Assembly (NCBI RefSeq): GCF_006345805.1
Contig: NC_043009.1
Coordinates: forward strand, 8,990,001-9,054,000
Length of the DNA stretch: 64,000 nt
Source of the DNA: Octopus sinensis
Taxonomy: Eukaryota
Direction of reading: 5' to 3'
The notes under the pieces are model-generated. The model was not told where the DNA came from. It did not search any database and saw nothing but the letters and a program-made list of their open reading frames with translations. Both the position numbers and the translations under genes were made by a program. Below are positions 49,001 to 62,673 of this stretch, piece by piece (within the stretch, counting starts at the first letter, position 1; every line of letters starts with the position of its first letter).

Positions 49001-52000
49001 TCCTACCACCCGCCATGGCTATGCATACTTAAGCTAGTAAAATGCCTCATTCTTGATTCCGAATTCCTTTTGCCAAGTCTGTCCGTAAACGAAAGTGATC
49101 TCAAGATAAGAAATCTTTGAACTTTAATTCATCCGTATCTCTATTTATTATTATTATTTATTAATTATTATTATCTGATCCCCTAGTCGCCACTCTGTTT
49201 ACTATTTCAGCCTCGCCTCGCCTCGTTTTGCATATTCTGTATAATTCACTAGTTATCGTTATTGATATTTAAGAAGATCTCCCTTATAGAAATTGGCTGC
49301 CGATTCTTCGCGGGGTTTTTCTTTTCTTTCCCTTCTCTCCCCCTCTTGTTACATTGTCGTCTGTCTGGACTCCTCTCTTCCTACCACCCGCCATGGCTAT
49401 GCATACTTAAGCTAGTAAAATGCCTCATTCTTGATTCCGAATTCCTTTTGCCAAGTCTGTCCGTAAACGAAGTGATCTCAAGATAAGAAATCTTTGAACT
49501 TTAATTCATCCGTATCTCTATTTATTATTATTATTTATTAATTATTATTATTCTGATCCCCCTAGTCGCCACTCTGTTTACTATTTCAGCCTCGCCTCGC
49601 CTCGTTTTGCATATTCTGTATAATTCACTAGTTATCGTTATTGATATTTTAAGATCTATCTCCCTTATAGAAATTGGCTGCCGATTCTTCGCGGGGTTTT
49701 TCTTTTCTCTTCCCTTCTCTCCCCCTCTTGTTACATTGTCGTCTGTCTGGACTCCTCTCTTCCTACCACCCGCCATGGCTATGCATACTTAAGCTAGTAA
49801 AATGCCTCATTCTTGATTCCGAATTCCTTTTGCCAAGTCTGTCCGTAAACGAAGTGATCTCAAGATAAGAAATCTTTGAACTTTAATTCATCCGTATCTC
49901 TATTTATTATTATTATTTATTAATTATTATTATTCTGATCCCCCTAGTCGCCACTCTGTTTACTATTTCAGCCTCGCCTCGCCTCGTTTTGCATATTCTG
50001 TATAATTCACTAGTTATCGTTATTGATATTTTAAGATCTATCTCCCTTATAGAAATTGGCTGCCGATTCTTCGCGGGGTTTTTCTTTTCTCTTCCTTCTC
50101 TCCCCTCTTGTTACATTGTCGTCTGTCTGGACTCCTCTCTTCCTACCACCCGCCATGGCTATGCATACTTAAGCTAGTAAAATGCCTCATTCTTGATTCC
50201 GAATTCCTTTTGCCAAGTCTGTCCGTAAACGAAGTGATCTCAAGATAAGAAATCTTTGAACTTTAATTCATCCGTATCTCTATTTATTATTATTATTTAT
50301 TAATTATTATTATTCTGATCCCCCTAGTCGCCACTCTGTTTACTATTTCAGCCTCGCCTCGCCTCGTTTTGCATATTCTGTATAATTCACTAGTTATCGT
50401 TATTGATATTTTAAGATCTATCTCCCTTATAGAAATTGGCTGCCGATTCTTCGCGGGGTTTTTCTTTTCTCTTCCCTTCTCTCCCCCTCTTGTTACATTG
50501 TCGTCTGTCTGGACTCCTCTCTTCCTACCACCCGCCATGGCTATGCATACTTAAGCTAGTAAAATGCCTCATTCTTGATTCCGAATTCCTTTTGCCAAGT
50601 CTGTCCGTAAACGAAGTGATCTCAAGATAAGAAATCTTTGAACTTTAATTCATCCGTATCTCTATTTATTATTATTATTTATTAATTATTATTATTCTGA
50701 TCCCCCTAGTCGCCACTCTGTTTACTATTTCAGCCTCGCCTCGCCTCGTTTTGCATATTCTGTATAATTCACTAGTTATCGTTATTGATATTTTAAGATC
50801 TATCTCCCTTATAGAAATTGGCTGCCGATTCTTCGCGGGGTTTTTCTTTTCTCTTCCCTTCTCTCCCCCTCTTGTTACATTGTCGTCTGTCTGGACTCCT
50901 CTCTTCCTACACCCGCCATGGCTATGCATACTTAAGCTAGTAAAATGCCTCATTCTTGATTCCGAATTCCTTTGCCAAGTCTGTCCGTAAACGAAGTGAT
51001 CTCAAGATAAGAAATCTTTGAACTTTAATTCATCCGTATCTCTATTTATTATTATTATTTATTAATTATTATTATTCTGATCCCCCTAGTCGCCACTCTG
51101 TTTACTATTTCAGCCTCGCCTCGCCTCGTTTTGCATATTCTGTATAATTCACTAGTTATCGTTATTGATATTTAAGATCTATCTCCCTTATAGAAATTGG
51201 CTGCCGATTCTTCGCGGGGTTTTCTTTTCTCTTCCCTTCTCTCCCCTCTTGTTACATTGTCGTCTGTCTGGACTCCTCTCTTCCTACCACCCCGCCATGG
51301 CTATGCATACTTAAGCTAGTAAAATGCCTCATTCTTGATTCCGAATTCCTTTTGCCAAGTCTGTCCGTAAACGAAGTGATCTCAAGATAAGAAATCTTTG
51401 AACTTTAATTCATCCGTATCTCTATTTATTATTATTATTTATTAATTATTATTATTCTGATCCCCCTAGTCGCCACTCTGTTTACTATTTCAGCCTCGCC
51501 TCGCCTCGTTTTGCATATTCTGTATAATTCACTAGTTATCGTTATTGATATTTTAAGATCTATCTCCCTTATAGAAATTGGCTGCCGATTCTTCGCGGGG
51601 TTTTTCTTTTCTCTTCCCTTCTCTCCCCCTCTTGTTACATTGTCGTCTGTCTGGACTCCTCTCTTCCTACCACCCGCCATGGCTATGCATACTTAAGCTA
51701 GTAAAATGCCTCATTCTTGATTCCGAATTCCTTTTGCCAAGTCTGTCCGTAAACGAAGTGATCTCAAGATAAGAAATCTTTGAACTTTAATTCATCCGTA
51801 TCTCTATTATTATTATTATTTATTAATTATTATTATTCTGATCCCCCTAGTCGCCACTCTGTTTACTATTTCAGCCTCGCCTCGCCTCGTTTTGCATATT
51901 CTGTATAATTCACTAGTTATCGTTATTGATATTTTAAGATCTATCTCCCTTATAGAAATTGGCTGCCGATTCTTCGCGGGGTTTTTCTTTCTCTTCCCTT

Positions 52001-55000
52001 CTCTCCCCCTCTTGTACATTGTCGTCTGTCTGGACTCCTCTCTTCCTACCACCCGCCATGGCTATGCATACTTAAGCTAGTAAAATGCCTCATTCTTGAT
52101 TCCGAATTCCTTTTGCCAAGTCTGTCCGTAAACGAAGTGATCTCAAGATAAGAAATCTTTGAACTTTAATTCATCCGTATCTCTATTTATTATTATTATT
52201 TATTAATTATTATTATTCTGATCCCCCTAGTCGCCACTCTGTTTACTATTTCAGCCTCGCCTCGCCTCGTTTTGCATATTCTGTATAATTCACTAGTTAT
52301 CGTTATTGATATTTTAAGATCTATCTCCCTTATAGAAATTGGCTGCCGATTCTTCGCGGGGTTTTTCTTTTTCTTCCCTTCTCTCCCCCTCTTGTTACAT
52401 TGTCGTCTGTCTGGACTCCTCTCTTCCTACCACCCGCCATGGCTATGCATACTTAAGCTAGTAAAATGCCTCATTCTTGATTCCGAATTCCTTTTGCCAA
52501 GTCTGTCCGTAAACGAAGTGATCTCAAGATAAGAAATCTTTGAACTTTAATTCATCCGTATCTCTATTTATTATTTTATTTATAATTATTATTCTGATCC
52601 CCCTAGTCGCCACTCTGTTTACTATTTCAGCCTCGCCTCGCCTCGTTTTGCATATTCTGTATAATTCACTAGTTATCGTTATTGATATTTTAAGATCTAT
52701 CTCCCTTATAGAAATTGGCTGCCGATTCTTCGCGGGGTTTTCTTTTCTCTTCCTTCTCTCCCCTCTTGTTACATTGTCGTCTGTCTGGACTCCTCTCTTC
52801 CTACCACCCGCCATGGCTATGCATACTTAAGCTAGTAAAATGCCTCATTCTTGATTCCGAATTCCTTTTGCCAAGTCTGTCCGTAAACGAAGTGATCTCA
52901 AGATAAGAAATCTTTGAACTTTAATTCATCCGTATCTCTATTTATTATTATTATTTATTAATTATTATTATTCTGATCCCCCTAGTCGCCACTCTGTTTA
53001 CTATTTCAGCCTCGCCTCGCCTCGTTTTGCATATTCTGTATAATTCACTAGTTATCGTTATTGATATTTTAAGATCTATCTCCCTTATAGAAATTGGCTG
53101 CCGATTCTTCGCGGGGTTTTTCTTTTCTCTTCCCTTCTCTCCCCCTCTTGTTACATTGTCGTCTGTCTGGACTCCTCTCTTCCTACCACCCGCCATGGCT
53201 ATGCATACTTAAGCTAGTAAAATGCCTCATTCTTGATTCCGAATTCCTTTTGCCAAGTCTGTCCGTAAACGAAGTGATCTCAAGATAAGAAATCTTTGAA
53301 CTTTAATTCATCCGTATCTCTATTTATTATTATTATTTATTAATTATTATTATTCTGATCCCCCTAGTCGCCACTCTGTTTACTATTTCAGCCTCGCCTC
53401 GCCTCGTTTTGCATATTCTGTATAATTCACTAGTTATCGTTATTGATATTTTAAGATCTATCTCCCTTATAGAAATTGGCTGCCGATTCTTCGCGGGGTT
53501 TTTCTTTTCTCTTCCCTCTCTCCCCCTCTTGTTACATTGTCGTCTGTCTGGACTCCTCTCTTCCTACCACCCGCCATGGCTATGCATACTTAAGCTAGTA
53601 AAATGCCTCATTCTTGATTCCGAATTCCTTTTGCCAAGTCTGTCCGTAAACGAAGTGATCTCAAGATAAGAAATCTTTGAACTTTAATTCATCCGTATCT
53701 CTATTTATTATTATTATTTATTAATATTATTATTTGATCCCCCTAGTCGCCACTCTGTTTACTATTTCAGCCTCGCCTCGCCTCGTTTTGCATATTCTGT
53801 ATAATTCACTAGTTATCGTTATTGATATTTTAAGATCTATCTCCCTTATAGAAATTGGCTGCCGATTCTTCGCGGGGTTTTTCTTTTCTCTTCCCTTCTC
53901 TCCCCCTCTTGTTACATTGTCGTCTGTCTGGACCTCTCTTCCTACCACCCGCCATGGCTATGCATACTTAAGCTAGTAAAATGCCTCATTCTTGATTCCG
54001 AATCCTTTTGCCAAGTCTGTCCGTAAACGAAGTGATCTCAAGATAAGAAATCTTTGAACTTTAATTCATCCGTATCTCTATTTATTATTATTATTTATTA
54101 ATTATTATTATTCTGATCCCCCTAGTCGCCACTCTGTTTACTATTTCAGCCTCGCCTCGCCTCGTTTTGCATATTCTGTATAATTCACTAGTTATCGTTA
54201 TTGATATTTTAAGATCTATCTCCCTTATAGAAATTGGCTGCCGATTCTTCGCGGGGTTTTTCTTTTCTCTTCCCTTCTCTCCCCTCTTGTTACATTGTCG
54301 TCTGTCTGGACTCCTCTCTTCCTACCACCCGCCATGGCTATGCATACTTAAGCTAGTAAAATGCCTCATTCTTGATTCCGAATTCCTTTTGCCAAGTCTG
54401 TCCGTAAACGAAGTGATCTCAAGATAAGAAATCTTTGAACTTTAATTCATCCGTATCTCTATTTATTATTATTATTTATTAATTATTATTATTCTGATCC
54501 CCTAGTCGCCACTCTGTTTACTATTTCAGCCTCGCCTCGCCTCGTTTTGCATATTCTGTATAATTCACTAGTTATCGTTATTGATATTTTAAGATCTATC
54601 TCCCTTATAGAAATTGGCTGCCGATTCTTCGCGGGGTTTTTTTCTCTTCCTTCTCTCCCCCTCTTGTTACATTGTCGTCTGTCTGGACTCCTCTCTTCCT
54701 ACCACCCGCCATGGCTATGCATACTTAAGCTAGTAAAATGCCTCATTCTTGATTCCGAATTCCTTTTGCCAAGTCTGTCCGTAAACGAAGTGATCTCAAG
54801 ATAAGAAATCTTTGAACTTTAATTCATCCGTATCTCTATATTATTATTATTTATTAATTATTATTATTCTGATCCCCCTAGTCGCCACTCTGTTTACTAT
54901 TTCAGCCTCGCCTCGCCTCGTTTTGCATATTCTGTATAATTCACTAGTTATCGTTATTGATATTTTAAGATCTATCTCCCTTATAGAAATTGGCTGCCGA

Positions 55001-58000
55001 TTCTTCGCGGGGTTTTTCTTTTCTCTTCCCTTCTCTCCCCCTCTTGTTACATTGTCGTCTGTCTGGACTCCTCTCTTCCTACCACCCGCCATGGCTATGC
55101 ATACTTAAGCTAGTAAAATGCCTCATTCTTGATTCCGAATTCCTTTGCCAAGTCTGTCCGTAAACGAAGTGATCTCAAGATAAGAAATCTTTGAACTTTA
55201 ATTCATCCGTATCTCTATTTATTATTATTATTTATTAATTATTATTATTCTGATCCCCCTAGTCGCCACTCTGTTTACTATTTCAGCCTCGCCTCGCCTC
55301 GTTTTGCATATTCTGTATAATTCACTAGTTATCGTTATTGATATTTTAAGATCTATCTCCCTTATAGAAATTGGCTGCCGATTCTTCGCGGGGTTTTCTT
55401 TTCTCTTCCCTTTCTCCCCCTCTTGTTACATTGTCGTCTGTCTGGACTCCTCTCTTCCTACCACCCGCCATGGCTATGCATACTTAAGCTAGTAAAATGC
55501 CTCATTCTTGATTCCGAATTCCTTTTGCCAAGTCTGTCCGTAAACGAAGTGATCTCAAGATAAGAAATCTTTGAACTTTAATTCATCCGTATCTCTATTT
55601 ATTATTATTATTATTAATTATTATTATTCTGATCCCCCTAGTCGCCACTCTGTTTACTATTTCAGCCTCGCCTCGCCTCGTTTTGCATATTCTGTATAAT
55701 TCACTAGTTATCGTTATTGATATTTAAGATCTATCTCCCTTATAGAAATTGGCTGCCGATTCTTCGCGGGGTTTTTCTTTTCTCTTCCCTTCTCTCCCCC
55801 TCTTGTTACATTGTCGTCTGTCTGGACTCCTCTCTTCCTACCACCCGCCATGGCTATGCATACTTAAGCTAGTAAAATGCCTCATTCTTGATTCCGAATT
55901 CCTTTTGCCAAGTCTCTGTCCGTAAACGAAGTGATCTCAAGATAAGAAATCTTTGAACTTTAATTCATCCGTATCTCTATTATTATTATTATTTATTAAT
56001 TATTATTATTCTGATCCCCCTAGTCGCCACTCTGTTTACTATTTCAGCCTCGCCTCGCCTCGTTTTGCATATTCTGTATAATTCACTAGTTATCGTTATT
56101 GATATTTTAAGATCTATCTCCCTTATAGAAATTGGCTGCCGATTCTTCGCGGGGTTTTTTTTCTCTCCCTTCTCTCCCCCTCTTGTTACATTGTCGTCTG
56201 TCTGGACTCCTCTCTTCCTACCACCCGCCATGGCTATGCATACTTAAGCTAGTAAAAATGCCTCATTCTTGATTCCGAATTCCTTTTGCCAAGTCTGTCC
56301 GTAAACGAAGTGATCTCAAGATAAGAAATCTTTGAACTTTAATTCATCCGTATCTCTATTTATTATTATTATTATTAATTAATTATTATTATCTGATCCC
56401 CCTAGTCGCCACTCTGTTTACTATTTCAGCCTCGCCTCGCCTCGTTTTGCATATTCTGTATAATTCACTAGTTATCGTTATTGATATTTAAGATCTATCT
56501 CCCTTATAGAAATTGGCTGCCGATTCTTCGCGGGGTTTTTCTTTTCTCTTCCCTTCTCTCCCCCCTCTTGTTACATTGTCGTCTGTCTGGACTCCTCTCT
56601 TCCTACCACCCGCCATGGCTATGCATACTTAAGCTAGTAAAATGCCTCATTCTTGATTCCGAATTCCTTTTGCCAAGTCTGTCCGTAAACGAAGTGATCT
56701 CAAGATAAGAATCTTTGAACTTTAATTCATCCGTATCTCTATTTATTATTATTATTTATTAATTATTATTATTCTGATCCCCTAGTCGCCACTCTGTTTA
56801 CTATTTCAGCCTCGCCTCGCCTCGTTTTGCATATTCTGTATAATTCACTAGTTATCGTTATTGATATTTTAAGATCTATCTCCCTTATAGAAATTGGCTG
56901 CCGATTCTTCGCGGGGTTTTTCTTTTCTCTTCCCTTCTCTCCCCCTCTTGTTACATTGTCGTCTGTCTGGACTCCTCTCTTCCTACCACCCGCCATGGCT
57001 ATGCATACTTAAGCTAGTAAAATGCCTCATTCTTGATTCCGAATCCTTTTGCCAAGTCTGTCCGTAAACGAAGTGATCTCAAGATAAGAAATCTTTGAAC
57101 TTTAATTCATCCGTATCTCTATTTATTATTATTTATTAATTATTATTATTCTTCCCCCTAGTCGCCACTCTGTTTACTATTTCAGCCTCGCCTCGCCTCG
57201 TTTTGCATATTCTGTATAATTCACTAGTTATCGTTATTGATATTTTAAGATCTATCTCCCTTATAGAAATTGGCTGCCGATTCTTCGCGGGGTTTTTCTT
57301 TTCTCTTCCCTTCTCTCCCCCTCTTGTTACATTGTCGTCTGTCTGGACTCCTCTCTTTCCTACCACCCGCCATGGCTATGCATACTTAAGCTAGTAAAAT
57401 GCCTCATTCTTGATTCCGAATTCCTTTTGCCAAGTCTGTCCGTAAACGAAGTGATCTCAAGATAAGAAATCTTTGAACTTTAATTCATCCGTATCTCTAT
57501 TTATTATTATTATTTATTAATTATTATTATTCTGATCCCCTAGTCGCCACTCTGTTTACTATTCAGCCTCGCCTCGCCTCGTTTTGCATATTCTGTATAA
57601 TTCACTAGTTATCGTTATTGATATTTTAAGATCTATCTCCCTTATAGAAATTGGCTGCCGATTCTTCGCGGGGTTTTTCTTTTTCTCTTCCCTTCTCTCC
57701 CCCTCTTGTTACATTGTCGTCTGTCTGGACTCCTCTCTTCCTACCACCCGCCATGGCTATGCATACTTAAGCTAGTAAAATGCCTCATTCTTGATTCCGA
57801 ATTCCTTTTGCCAAGTCTGTCCGTAAACGAAGTGATCTCAAGATAAGAAATCTTTGAACTTTAATTCATCCGTATCTCTATTTATTATTATTATTTATTA
57901 ATTATTATTTTCTGATCCCCCTAGTCGCCACTCTGTTACTATTTCAGCCTCGCCTCGCCTCGTTTTGCATATTCTGTATAATTCACTAGTTATCGTTATT

Positions 58001-61000
58001 GATATTTTAAGATCTATCTCCCTTATAGAAATTGGCTGCCGATTCTTCGCGGGGTTTTTCTTTTCTCTTCCTTCTCTCCCCCTCTTGTTACATTGTCGTC
58101 TGTCTGGACTCCTCTCTTCCTACCACCCGCCATGGCTATGCATACTTAAGCTAGTAAAATGCCTCATTCTTGATTCCGAATTCCTTTTGCCAAGTCTGTC
58201 GTAAACGAAGTGATCTCAAGATAAGAAATCTTTGAACTTTAATTCATCCGTATCTCTATTTATTATTATTATTTATTAATTATTATTATTCTGATCCCCC
58301 TAGTCGCCACTCTGTTTACTATTTCAGCCTCGCCTCGCCTCGTTTTGCATATTCTGTATAATTCACTAGTTATCGTTATTGATATTTAAGATCTATCTCC
58401 CTTATAGAAATTGGCTGCCGATTCTTCGCGGGGTTTTTTTCTTTTCTCTCCCTTCTCTCCCCCTCTTGTTACATTGTCGTCTGTCTGGACTCCTCTCTTC
58501 CTACCACCCGCCATGGCTATGCATACTTAAGCTAGTAAAATGCCTCATTCTTGATTCCGAATTCCTTTTGCCAGTCTGTCCGTAAACGAAGTGATCTCAA
58601 GATAAGAAATCTTTGAACTTTAATTCATCCGTATCTCTATTATTATTATTATTTATTAATTATTATTATTCTGATCCCCTAGTCGCCACTCTGTTTACTA
58701 TTTCAGCCTCGCCTCGCCTCGTTTTGCATATTCTGTATAATTCACTAGTTATCGTTATTGATATTTTAAGATCTATCTCCCTTATAGAAATTGGCTGCCG
58801 ATTCTTCGCGGGGTTTTTCTTTTCTCTTCCCTTCTCTCCCCCTCTTGTTACATTGTCGTCTGTCTGGACTCCTCTCTTCCTACCACCCGCCATGGCTATG
58901 CATACTTAAGCTAGTAAAATGCCTCATTCTTGATTCCGAATTCCTTTTGCCAAGTGTCCGTAAACGAAGTGATCTCAAGATAAGAAATCTTTGAACTTTA
59001 ATTCATCCGTATCTCTATTTATTATTATTATTTATAATTATTATTATTCTGATCCCCTAGTCGCCACTCTGTTTACTATTTCAGCCTCGCCTCGCCTCGT
59101 TTTGCATATTCTGTATAATTCACTAGTTATCGTTATTGATATTTTAAGATCTATCTCCCTTATAGAAATTGGCTGCCGATTCTTCGCGGGGTTTTTCTTT
59201 TCTCTTCCCTTCTCTCCCCCTCTTGTTACATTGTCGTCTGTCTGGACTCTCCTCTCTTCCTACCACCACCCGCCATGGCTATGCATACTTAAGCTAGTAA
59301 AATGCCTCATTCTTGATTCCGAATTCCTTTTGCCAAGTCTGTCCGTAAACGAAGTGATCTCAAGATAAGAAATCTTTGAACTTTAATTCATCCGTATCTC
59401 TATTTTTATTATTATTTATTAATTATTATTATTCTGATCCCCTAGTCGCCACTCTGTTTACTATTTCAGCCTCGCCTCGCCTCGTTTTGCATATTCTGTA
59501 TAATTCACTAGTTATCGTTATTGATATTTTAAGATCTATCTCCCTTATAGAAATTGGCTGCCGATTCTTCGCGGGGTTTTCTTTTCTCTTCCCTTCTCTC
59601 CCCCCTTGTTACATTGTCGTCTGTCTGGACTCCTCTCTTCCTACCACCCGCCATGGCTATGCATACTTAAGCTAGTAAAATGCCTCATTCTTGATTCCGA
59701 ATTCCTTTTGCCAAGTCTGTCCGTAAACGAAGTGATCTCAAGATAAGAAATCTTTGAACTTTAATTCATCCGTATCTTATTATTATTATTTATTAATTAT
59801 ATTATTCTGATCCCCCTAGTCGCCACTGTTTACTATTTCAGCCTCGCCTCGCCTCGTTTTGCATATTCTGTATAATTCACTAGTTATCGTTATTGATATT
59901 TTAAGATCTATCTCCCTTATAGAAATTGGCTGCCGATTCTTCGCGGGGTTTTTTCTTTTCTTCCCTTCTCTCCCCTCTTGTTACATTGTCGTCTGTCTGG
60001 ACTCCTCTCTTCCTACCACCCGCCATGGCTATGCATACTTAAGCTAGTAAAATGCCTCATTCTTGATTCCGAATTCCTTTTGCCAAGTCTGTCCGTAAAC
60101 GAAGTGATCTCAAGATAAGAAATCTTGAACTTTAATTCATCCGTATCTCTATTTATTATTATTATTATTAATTATTATTATTCTGATCCCCTAGTCGCCA
60201 CTCTGTTTACTATTTCAGCCTCGCCTCGCCTCGTTTTGCATATTCTGTATAATTCACTAGTTATCGTTATTGATATTTTAAGATCTATCTCCTTATAGAA
60301 ATTGGCTGCCGATTCTTCGCGGGTTTTTCTTTTCTCTTCCTTCTCTCCCCTCTTGTTACATTGTCGTCTGTCTGGACTCCTCTCTTCCTACCACCCGCCA
60401 TGGCTATGCATACTTAAGCTAGTAAAATGCCTCATTCTTGATTCCGAATTCCTTTTGCCAAGTCTGTCCGTAAACGAAGTGATCTCAAGATAAGAAATCT
60501 TTGAACTTTAATTCATCCGTATCTCTATTTATTATTATTATTTATTAATTATTATTATTCTGATCCCCCTAGTCGCCACTCTGTTTACTATTTCAGCCTC
60601 GCCTCGCCTCGTTTTGCATATTCTGTATAATTCACTAGTTATCGTTATTGATATTTTAAGATCTATCTCCCTTATAGAAATTGGCTGCCGATTCTTCGCG
60701 GGGTTTTTCTTTTCTTTCCCTTCTCTCCCCCTCTTGTTACATTGTCGTCTGTCTGGACTCCTCTCTTCCTACCACCCGCCATGGCTATGCATACTTAAGC
60801 TAGTAAAATGCCTCATTCTTGATTCCGAATTCCTTTTGCCAAGTCTGTCCGTAAACGAAGTGATCTCAAGATAAGAAATCTTTGAACTTTAATTCATCCG
60901 TATCTCTATTTATTATTATTATTTATTAATTATTATTATTCTGATCCCCCTAGTCGCCACTCTGTTTACTATTTCAGCCTCGCCTCGCCTCGTTTTGCAT

Positions 61001-62597
61001 ATTCTGTATAATTCACTAGTTATCGTTATTGATATTTTAAGATCTATCTCCCTTATAGAAATTGGCTGCCGATTCTTCGGGGGGTTTTCTTTTCTCTTCC
61101 CTTCTCTCCCCTCTTGTTACATTGTCGTCTGTCTGGACTCCTCTCTTCCTACCACCCGCCATGGCTATGCATACTTAAGCTAGTAAAATGCCTCATTCTT
61201 GATTCCGAATTCCTTTTGCCAAGTCTGTCCGTAAACGAAGTGATCTCAAGATAAGAAATCTTTGAACTTTAATTCATCCGTATCTCTATTTATTATTATT
61301 ATTTATTAATTATTATTATTCTGATCCCCCTAGTCGCCACTCTGTTTACTATTTCAGCCTCGCCTCGCCTCGTTTTGCATATTCTGTATAATTCACTAGT
61401 TATCGTTATTGATATTTTAAGATCTATCTCCCTATAGAAATTGGCTGCCGATTCTTCGCGGGGTTTTTCTTTTCTCTTCCCTTCTCTCCCCTCTTGTTAC
61501 ATTGTCGTCTGTCTGGACTCCTCTTCCTACCACCCGCCATGGCTATGCATACTTAAGCTAGTAAAATGCCTCATTCTTGATTCCGAATTCCTTTTGCCAA
61601 GTCTGTCCGTAAACGAAGTGATCTCAAGAAAGAAATCTTTGAACTTTAATTCATCCGTATCTCTATTTATTATTATTATTTATTAATTATTATTTTCTGA
61701 TCCCCCTAGTCGCCACTCTGTTTACTATTTCAGCCTCGCCTCGCCTCGTTTTGCATATTCTGTATAATTCACTAGTTATCGTTATTGATATTTTAAGATC
61801 TATCTCCCTTATAGAAATTGGCTGCCGATTCTTCGCGGGGTTTTTCTTTTTCTCTTCCTTCTCTCCCCCTCTTGTTACATGTCGTCTGTCTGGACTCCTC
61901 TCTTCCTACCACCCGCCATGGCTATGCATACTTAAGCTAGTAAAATGCCTCATTCTTGATTCCGAATTCCTTTTGCCAAGTCTGTCCGTAAACGAAGTGA
62001 TCTCAAGATAAGAAATCTTTGAACTTTAATTCATCCGTATCTCTATTATTATTATTATTATTAATTATTATTATTCTGATCCCCCTAGTCGCCACTCTGT
62101 TTACTATTTCAGCCTCGCCTCGCCTCGTTTTGCATATTCTGTATAATTCACTAGTTATCGTTATTGATATTTTAAGATCTATCTCCCTTATAGAAATTGG
62201 CTGCCGATTCTTCGCGGGGTTTTTTTTCTTTCTCTTCCCTTCTCTCCCCTCTTGTTACATTGTCGTCTGTCTGGACTCCTCTCTTCCTACCACCCGCCAT
62301 GGCTATGCATACTTAAGCTAGTAAAATGCCTCATTCTTGATTCCGAATTCCTTTTGCCAAGTCTGTCCGTAAACGAAGTGATCTCAAGATAAGAAATCTT
62401 TGAACTTTAATTCATCCGTATCTCTATTTATTATTATTATTAATTATTATTATTATCTGATCCCCCTAGTCGCCACTCTGTTTACTATTTCAGCTCGCCT
62501 CGCCTCGTTTTGCATATTCTGTATAATTCACTAGTTATCGTTATTGATATTTTAAGATCTATCTCCCTTATAGAAATTGGCTGCCGATTCTTCGCGG
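43007..62597. repeat. Tandem satellite array, 382-bp consensus unit, about 51.6 copies
   Basis: The anchor gtccgtaaa recurs from 43012 to 62365 with periods of 380-382 bp where measured. Differences are almost all 1-bp indels in homopolymer or (ATT)n runs. Confidence 0.98.
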
Positions 62598-62673
62598 CGC
62601 GCCGCCCTACCCACCCCCACCACCAATACCGGATATCTCTATTTGCTCCAACTATACCGGATGTCGTTTTTCT

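Noticed and set aside
49790-49830. Apparent clustering of restriction sites in the unit (NcoI, NsiI, AflII, EcoRI, plus SpeI and BglII elsewhere) suggesting a synthetic construct
   Set aside because: About six palindromic hexamers are expected by chance in 382 bp, and there is no vector-like sequence.
43159-62321. Repeated + strand ORFs MHILYNSLVIV...
   Set aside because: They start at non-ATG codons, change frame freely between units, and are antisense or alternative-frame by-products of the repeat.
43007-62597. CRISPR array, tRNA/5S/snRNA gene cluster, or hammerhead retrozyme array
   Set aside because: Units are identical end to end with no unique spacers. I found no A/B-box pair or known RNA motif. 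I inspected every TGA and GAAA on both strands of the unit and none forms a hammerhead core with stems.
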